Shown one piece after another: positions 57,931 through 64,000 of a DNA stretch of 64,000 nt. This stretch comes from Yuukianura sp. NJ FZ-2021 (taxonomy: Eukaryota). The position numbers were made by a program, and so were the translations under genes. Position 1 is the stretch's first letter, and every line of letters starts with the position of its first letter. The stretch spans positions 558,001 through 622,000 of the forward strand of contig JAJCTO010000010.1 of assembly GCA_046563655.1 (NCBI GenBank), written 5' to 3'. Under the pieces are notes generated by a model, which saw nothing but the letters and a program-made list of their open reading frames with translations, ran no database searches and was not told the DNA's origin.

Positions 57931-58200
57931 ATGCCGCGTAGCTGTACTTGGTGTGGCCGGCCGAATTCCGGTGGAAAACCAAGAACGCGTTTGTTAAAAC
58001 CCGACTCGTTAAACCAGGAACTCCGTATTCCAATGGAACACTTCTGGATGGAGTTCTGCGGAGGATGCCAGAAGAAGGCAATGTGCGAACTTGAGGAAGG
58101 AGACACCCTTCGATTTTACATGGACTATCGCGTCAACCCAAGTTGCGCACTTTCCGCGTCTTACAAAGACAAACCTTTAAAATATAACCCAAAGAAATAA
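57931..58200 (+). CDS. Small CxxC...CxxC putative zinc-binding accessory protein
   Basis: CTWC and CGGC motifs in an ATG-initiated 89-aa ORF. Confidence 0.45.
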   Translation: MPRSCTWCGRPNSGGKPRTRLLKPDSLNQELRIPMEHFWMEFCGGCQKKAMCELEEGDTLRFYMDYRVNPSCALSASYKDKPLKYNPKK

Positions 58201-58339
58201 GCATACAAGCAGCGCATCTATTTTGAAGATTAGTAGATAGTACTCAGGAGTAGCAGGCTAGAATAGTAAAATAAATAGAACTTTGTAAAACAATAGACTA
58301 AAAACACGTCATTTTCAGAATTCAGAATTCTAAAAACTC

Positions 58340-59143
58340 ATGTCAGTGAACGGACTTCACAACCTGCCAGCTGGATTCATAGACGCAGTTCGAGAAAGAA
58401 ACCAACCAAATCAGCGGTACGAGAGAGCGAGATTTCTCGCCTCGAGGAGTGTAATCGAGCTGGGTCTCCTCAAAGACTGTTTTCCCGAACTAAAGGAACT
58501 GATAGACAGCTTGGTCAAGACTACTAAACTCGCGTGGAAACCACTGATCAACAAGCTAGAAATCTGGATTTGGGAAGATCCACGCTCTACTTATAGGTAC
58601 CAGCTGACTCACTGCAGACACGAGCTAATCTGCAGATTCGCCCAGATTAGAATCGATCGATTCCCGCTAACTCTTGTGTCATTCGTCCGACACTGTGAAG
58701 GAATACTTGATCTTGGGATCAAGACAGACGAGTTCCTGCGACTTGGCTTACAGGAAAAGCTCGAACTAACTCACTTCACCACCATACACATCACTCGTCA
58801 GCCAGGAGCTCCACTAACCGATTTCCGGACCGACAGTCTGATATTAGCTGTAACTCGACGACCCTACCGACCATACTGCTTCCGAGACTTGGCCGACATC
58901 CTTCACTGCAACGGAGGACGGAGGGAAGAAGTAAAGTACTTCTTCAGCCTTTACGAAACAGAGAAAATCATCTACTGGAGCACACTGTCCGAACGCCAAG
59001 TCCAACGCCGAGAGAAGACAAAGGAGACTCAGGAACGCAGAGGGTTGAGTACAGACGACCAACTCATCGACGAAATTTGTGTCGCAGGCGACGCTTACGC
59101 CGAGACTTGTGACGACTACTTGGAGTCAGATAAGGAAAACTAG
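58340..59143 (+). CDS. Accessory protein of unknown family ('ORF-X1'), paralog of 60623-61357
   Basis: Shares FP.L..F, PY.F..LA, RE..., IY and RRGL..D...D blocks with ORF-X2. Confidence 0.7.
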   Translation: MSVNGLHNLPAGFIDAVRERNQPNQRYERARFLASRSVIELGLLKDCFPELKELIDSLVKTTKLAWKPLINKLEIWIWEDPRSTYRYQLTHCRHELICRFAQIRIDRFPLTLVSFVRHCEGILDLGIKTDEFLRLGLQEKLELTHFTTIHITRQPGAPLTDFRTDSLILAVTRRPYRPYCFRDLADILHCNGGRREEVKYFFSLYETEKIIYWSTLSERQVQRREKTKETQERRGLSTDDQLIDEICVAGDAYAETCDDYLESDKEN

Positions 59144-59166
59144 TTTCATTTCATTTTCCTTTCAAA

Positions 59167-59742
59167 ATGGCTTACTTTGAGCCCATAGAGTTCACTTTAC
59201 ACTCTCCAGACGCCAAGGCACCTCACTGGGGGGAAGCCCATGAGGCTGGCCTTACTATTTACACTTCCGCAGATTATGACATTTCGCCAGGAGACCGTTG
59301 TGTTGTTTCCACCGGAATCGCCTTGCGCATTCCGTTAGGACTTTTCGGAAGAATAACTTCTATTTACAGACATACGCTTAGTCATGGAATAACCGTTGCC
59401 CCAGAGGTCATGGAAGGGGGTACAATATCAGGCATTTGCAAAATAACGATTTTCAACCATGGCAAGAAATCTTTCCACCTAAGAAAAGGTGATGCAATTG
59501 CGCAGGTCACGTGCGAAAAATTCTACAAACCGGAGATCAAGGACAAACCCTTAGGGTTTTACTACCACGCTGAAGACGATGACAAATGGCATATTAACTA
59601 TCAAGCAAATGAGGTCTTTCTTCGTCAGCCGAAAACTCCTCAAGATGTCGTTGACATTCTCATTCAAAAAGAAGACTACCAATTTATGATGAACAGGAAG
59701 CAGGACTCCACTTCCCTTCGACAACCGCTGCTCCAGGAGTAG
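59167..59742 (+). CDS. dUTPase-fold protein with degenerate catalytic motifs, fused to a gag-derived segment
   Basis: SPDAKAP, AGLTIY, VSTGIALRIP.G.FGRI, IFNHG..F..KGDAIAQ. The AGxD, RSG and GxID motifs are lost. Confidence 0.8.
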   Translation: MAYFEPIEFTLHSPDAKAPHWGEAHEAGLTIYTSADYDISPGDRCVVSTGIALRIPLGLFGRITSIYRHTLSHGITVAPEVMEGGTISGICKITIFNHGKKSFHLRKGDAIAQVTCEKFYKPEIKDKPLGFYYHAEDDDKWHINYQANEVFLRQPKTPQDVVDILIQKEDYQFMMNRKQDSTSLRQPLLQE

Positions 59743-60622
59743 CAGCAGACGAAGTTGGGGAAGGCACTCACGTTGTGAGTTGGCAACCAATAATTTTTTT
59801 TTTGAGAAGTTATAAGTGTGTGATAAAAGTAGATAGTTTCGAGACGCAATCATTCGAATGGTGGTAATACCACATACTGAATTAAAATAACTAACAAGGC
59901 CACTGATAATAAGCCTTTGGTTTTCCGAGTTCAAAATTACATAAGCAATAGAAATCGAAATTTGGTGCATTAATCTTAGTTCGAATTTTTAAAAATTTAA
60001 ACTAATGGTGATACTGTTGACATAAGATTGGCCATAGACATTAGGGTCACCAGAATGAAGTACCTCGACTCCAGTCAAGAACTGAATCACTGATGTTTAG
60101 TTTACTGTTTTCTTTTATGAAGGCATTTCTTAAAGCAACTGCGTTTAGCATTCATTTAAGCATAGGAAACCACTGATATGGTAGGAATTTGAGTTTATTG
60201 TCATCGCCTAGTTATACTCAACTATTATACACAGTCATCAGTCATCAGTCGCCTACTGTTCCACTTACATCATCATTAGAAACTAGCGTGAACAAAACAC
60301 ACACTGCTGTTTACATGTGTTAGGTTTGATAGAATTACAATGAATTTTTGGTTACGCGTAACTGACGCAAACTTAGCCGAATGCTTAGGAGGAGATATAT
60401 CAAACATGTTCGACTACGTTAGGTTAGGAACAGAGAAATGGTCAGAAAGAAATCAAAAGTAGTCGTGTAAATTCAAAAACTATTAATCATATTTGTCAGA
60501 AACATAACGATTTTAGGTTATCAAGGAAATCTCGCTTGAGAATTTATCCAGACGACTTCCAGTGCTGGCGCGTGCGATTGCCAACTCGCGTATCAGAAAC
60601 CGAGCCTGGAGAATACTAAAAT

Positions 60623-61357
60623 TTGGAACCATCCAGGAGAATATACAGCCACGATCACATGAGCTGCGTTACGCAGAAACCTGGAGCCATCCAACTAAAC
60701 GAGTTACCAGAGCTTGCACTAGGTAAGATTTTCCAGTTCTGCTGTCTACAGGACATAAGCAACATCACGGAGGTTTTTCCAAGTCTATTAACGTTTGTAG
60801 AAGCAACAAAAAGAGAAGTTCGCGCAAAACAAAAATTTATATTTGATAACGTTGTTGTACTAAAACCAGGATATAATATTGGGATACTAAAAGTTGATCA
60901 TGATAGTCAAACTAAAATAGAAAACTTCCTATCAAACGTACCACTTAACGCATTTCCTGTCGCGCTAAGCCAATTTATCTTAGACTTCAATCAACCCATT
61001 CAACTTCACTGGCAAGCTGTAGTAACCTTCTCTCCAGAAGAATTAGAAAAAGTATTGCGCAAATTTAGAGACGAGTTTTATAGTTTCCGAGAATACTGTA
61101 CGTTTGTTCCGATCGGTCCAAGACCAAAACCATACCGTTTTCAAACGTTAGCTAAACAAATCCGTCTTTACACAAACGACAGAGAGGACCTAGCGTCTCA
61201 TTTAGAAAAGATATATGCTGAGGAACTTCCGATTTACTTAGCTGGATTCACTGTCGCTCAACGCAGAGCACGAAAACGCGCTAGGAGACATTATATACGG
61301 CGTGGATTGGAAGTAACGGACGAGTGGCTAGATATTGCACTCTGGGAATTCCTTTAA
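60623..61357 (+). CDS. Accessory protein ORF-X2 with an N-terminal F-box-like motif
   Basis: LNELPELALGKIFQFCCLQDISNITEV matches the F-box pattern LxxLPxxxLxxIFxxLxxxDLxxxxxV. First ATG is at ~60659. Confidence 0.65.
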   Translation: MEPSRRIYSHDHMSCVTQKPGAIQLNELPELALGKIFQFCCLQDISNITEVFPSLLTFVEATKREVRAKQKFIFDNVVVLKPGYNIGILKVDHDSQTKIENFLSNVPLNAFPVALSQFILDFNQPIQLHWQAVVTFSPEELEKVLRKFRDEFYSFREYCTFVPIGPRPKPYRFQTLAKQIRLYTNDREDLASHLEKIYAEELPIYLAGFTVAQRRARKRARRHYIRRGLEVTDEWLDIALWEFL

Positions 61358-61396
61358 AAACAAAGGGAGAAGCGATTTCAGTAAATAACATCGAGA

Positions 61397-62281
61397 ATGC
61401 TGAAATACAAGCGACATTCATGGGCAGCGTTGCCTTTACGAAAAACTTCCGCAACTTTGCCAGGATTCACGTTTTCATGCCCCTTTGATACTACACTTCC
61501 AGCTAAAGGGCAAGCAGTCATAAATACATTCATTCAAGTAGAAGTTCCGGAAGGAACTTTTGGTTGCATTGTCCCTTCCCAACAGTTAGGTAATTTAATT
61601 AACGTAAAAATGGAATTTATCGGACAGGAGCGTTGTGAGCCTATACAAATTACATTATTTTCCCATGACATTGAGGACCGCGTTATAAAACGAGGTCAAG
61701 GAATTGCCGAAATTGTTTGTCAAAATTATCAGGAATTTGAGTTTGAGGAAGTTCAGGAACTTCCGAGGACAAAGGAAATTGTCCCACGTCCAACATGTGC
61801 CGAGAAGGTTTGGTTTGGAATAATCAAATCTAATCTCCTCATCATTCCTTCTAGTTCGCGCACTAGAAGATCTTTTACCCCAAGGCCAATCGACTTCGGC
61901 CAAAGCAAACGTATAATTTTCCCAGAAGGAAAATTATTTCCAGTTTTGCAGTACATTGAGAAATTAGGAGATCGGCGTCAGAACCAAATCGCGATCCGGA
62001 AAAACTTTTTCATACAATTAAATACAAAAGACATCGAAGACATTTGTCTACACTATCAAATATATCCACCCAGTTATTATTTCAAATACAAGGATATGAT
62101 TTGTATTGACTTACTCGAATGTGAGGCTAAATCGTCGTTTCGATTATTGGCCAAGACACTCGAAGGTTATCGAAATCATGGTTTACCAATTCGAGAAGAA
62201 TTGATCAACCATGTTAAAAACAAATCCAGAGAGGATTACGAACTACGACCTCGAAGTAATCTGTTTCCACATAACTATTAA
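61397..62281 (+). CDS. Second degenerate dUTPase-fold protein with a C-terminal ORF-X-like domain
   Basis: T.IQVEVPEGTFGCI, LFSH...IKRGQGIAEIVC...EEVQELPRT. The tail SFRLLAKTL...REELINH resembles RFQTLAKQI...REDLASH. Confidence 0.75.
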   Translation: MLKYKRHSWAALPLRKTSATLPGFTFSCPFDTTLPAKGQAVINTFIQVEVPEGTFGCIVPSQQLGNLINVKMEFIGQERCEPIQITLFSHDIEDRVIKRGQGIAEIVCQNYQEFEFEEVQELPRTKEIVPRPTCAEKVWFGIIKSNLLIIPSSSRTRRSFTPRPIDFGQSKRIIFPEGKLFPVLQYIEKLGDRRQNQIAIRKNFFIQLNTKDIEDICLHYQIYPPSYYFKYKDMICIDLLECEAKSSFRLLAKTLEGYRNHGLPIREELINHVKNKSREDYELRPRSNLFPHNY

Positions 62282-63237
62282 CTCACTTAGAAGTATGTCC
62301 TCTAAGAGTAGTGTTACTAAAATTTGTAATCATAAGTTGATAATAAGCTGTCAAAATTAATTATAATGCATATTCACAAACTTAACCATAAGAGAATAAA
62401 AGAGAAGAATGAAGATCCGATACATCCCATTCACGTGTTCCAGTCTGGACGTACCAGTCGAGTCTGATTTGCAACATCATCGTCCTATTGGGCGCTGGAG
62501 TACGACGTAGCTTTGATCGAGTTCGAACTCCTGTGAGCAAAAGGTCAATAATGCTGCGCTACGCAACTAAGTCTAATTGAAACTTGATCAACTCTCACCT
62601 CCCTGAAGTACATTGAACGACGGTTATCAATTGAACACGGACGACCACAGTCCTCAGGACAGTCCAGGGAGCCAAGCAACTCAACGAGAGTTTACGGGAG
62701 ATGTACATGAGCAGTAAAGACGACTCAACTCCCCGTCGCAGTAGCTATCGCGGAAACTACAACGACTCCACTGAGAATTACGAATGAAGATTCGGAGCGG
62801 CACAGACAAGTTAGAAACCGAAAGGTGAAAGCCCGCAACACATGATGACACCACCGTACGAGACCAATGGCTGGCGAGCTACGCATCCATTCAGAATTTA
62901 GCTCCATCACAGAATACTGTCCGGCGGAATCCGCATAACGGTGTACTCAGAAATAGCAGACCCAATGTCTCCAAGCACCCATTGGAATTCTTTAAATTCT
63001 GTAAGCTAGCTTTCACTCATGATGTTAGTCTTAAATCAACCTTGGCTATTGTTACATCAATATTATACTATGTCAAATTCGGGTAGAACAGTTCTATGTT
63101 ATCCATTTATGAGTTCAGGCCTCAAATCCATGACATCAAATTTGTAGATCGGAACACCATAAAACATTATGTTAGGATACTCTGTTATACAATAAGGAAA
63201 TCTACGAGGACGTAGATTAGTACAAGTTGGGGAATAA

Positions 63238-64000
63238 TGTAACGCCGGATTTCGAGCCACCTCCAAATCAATCAATTGATTTGGAGTTGGGCCGAATTCG
63301 GACGCTTAATTAAGTTAAGACAAAACTAGTTAAAACCGGGTAAGAGACATGTCGAGTATGCAGATTGATAATTAAGGAAAGTTTTGAAATTGAGACAGGA
63401 GGTCTCAAGACTTTTGATAAGAAAAAGGTGATTTGACAAGTCCTTTGGACTTGTCATGTAAAACAACTTGCTCAGCAAGTTTGACATCTGTCAAACATGG
63501 GGTGTCCACTCGCAAGAGAGTTGATTCTCCCATTCAAAATCCCTGTTTATCAATTTGCATAGGATCGTAACTTAGTTCAATCTTGGACTTTAATGACAGA
63601 ACAGGATCATAGATCCTGGTCATTAACGTCCAACTTTGAACTCAGGTCGCTAAGCGTCCCTCAGTTGAAGGACAAGCTGGGTCAAGAGTAAGGTTATAAA
63701 TATAAGTAACAACTTGTTAGCGTTAAGTCATTTTTGAATTAGCTTTTGGGGAAGCATCTCTCTCTTAGATCAGTTGACTAGATTGTAAAGTTGCTCTTTA
63801 GAATAAGTCTTTTTGGGAACAATAAACACTCTTCCTGGGAATTCTCTCCACCGATCGTCAATTCCTCGTCTTCGAAGCTTGCACATCTGCCACCGTCACT
63901 TCCGCTGATTCTGCTGTTCAGGGTTCAACTGGTGTCAACCGTAACTGACCAAGGTAATTGAATCTTCCCTTCTCATACATGATTTAATAAGGGTAGCTAG
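63238..64000 (+). repeat. 3' LTR, truncated by the window end
   Basis: Direct repeat of 45519-46290, preceded by AAGTTGGGGAATAA (PPT-like). Confidence 0.92.

Larger units (their letters stand above)
45519..64000 (+). mobile_element. Giant env-bearing Ty3/Gypsy (errantivirus-like) LTR retroelement, >18.4 kb, extending past the window
   Basis: Direct repeats start TGTAACGCCGG at 45519 and 63238. Purine tract before the 3' LTR. Gene order: MMP, ORF0, gag, pol (PR-RT-RH-IN), env, accessory ORFs. Confidence 0.93.

Overview
Eukaryotic, probably arthropod, DNA (TATA/TCAGT core promoters, short GT-AG introns) made almost entirely of nested mobile elements. No clear host gene was found. (1) 1-30 kb holds decayed Polinton/Maverick material: pPolB, two integrases, packaging-ATPase fragments, PW, PZ, minor and major capsid, and an adenain-like protease. 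It is interrupted by a Helentron (Pif1-APE, RPA70-like, Ulp1-like) that itself carries a LINE, by a THAP/P-element derivative, and by MITEs. (2) Two ~6-kb elements (2101-8588 and 34481-40533) have >1-kb terminal inverted repeats, AG...CT ends and 6-bp TSDs. They encode only capsid or basic proteins, with no polymerase or integrase. Their major capsid proteins resemble each other more than they resemble the resident Polinton MCP, so they are candidate capsid-only satellite or segment 'mini-Polintons'. (3) From 45519 to beyond 64000 lies a >18.4-kb Ty3/Gypsy element with env. It carries an intact membrane-anchored matrix metalloproteinase before gag and, after env, a duplicated cassette of catalytically degenerate dUTPases and an unknown, partly F-box-bearing protein family. 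All family assignments come from motif recognition by eye, not database searches.
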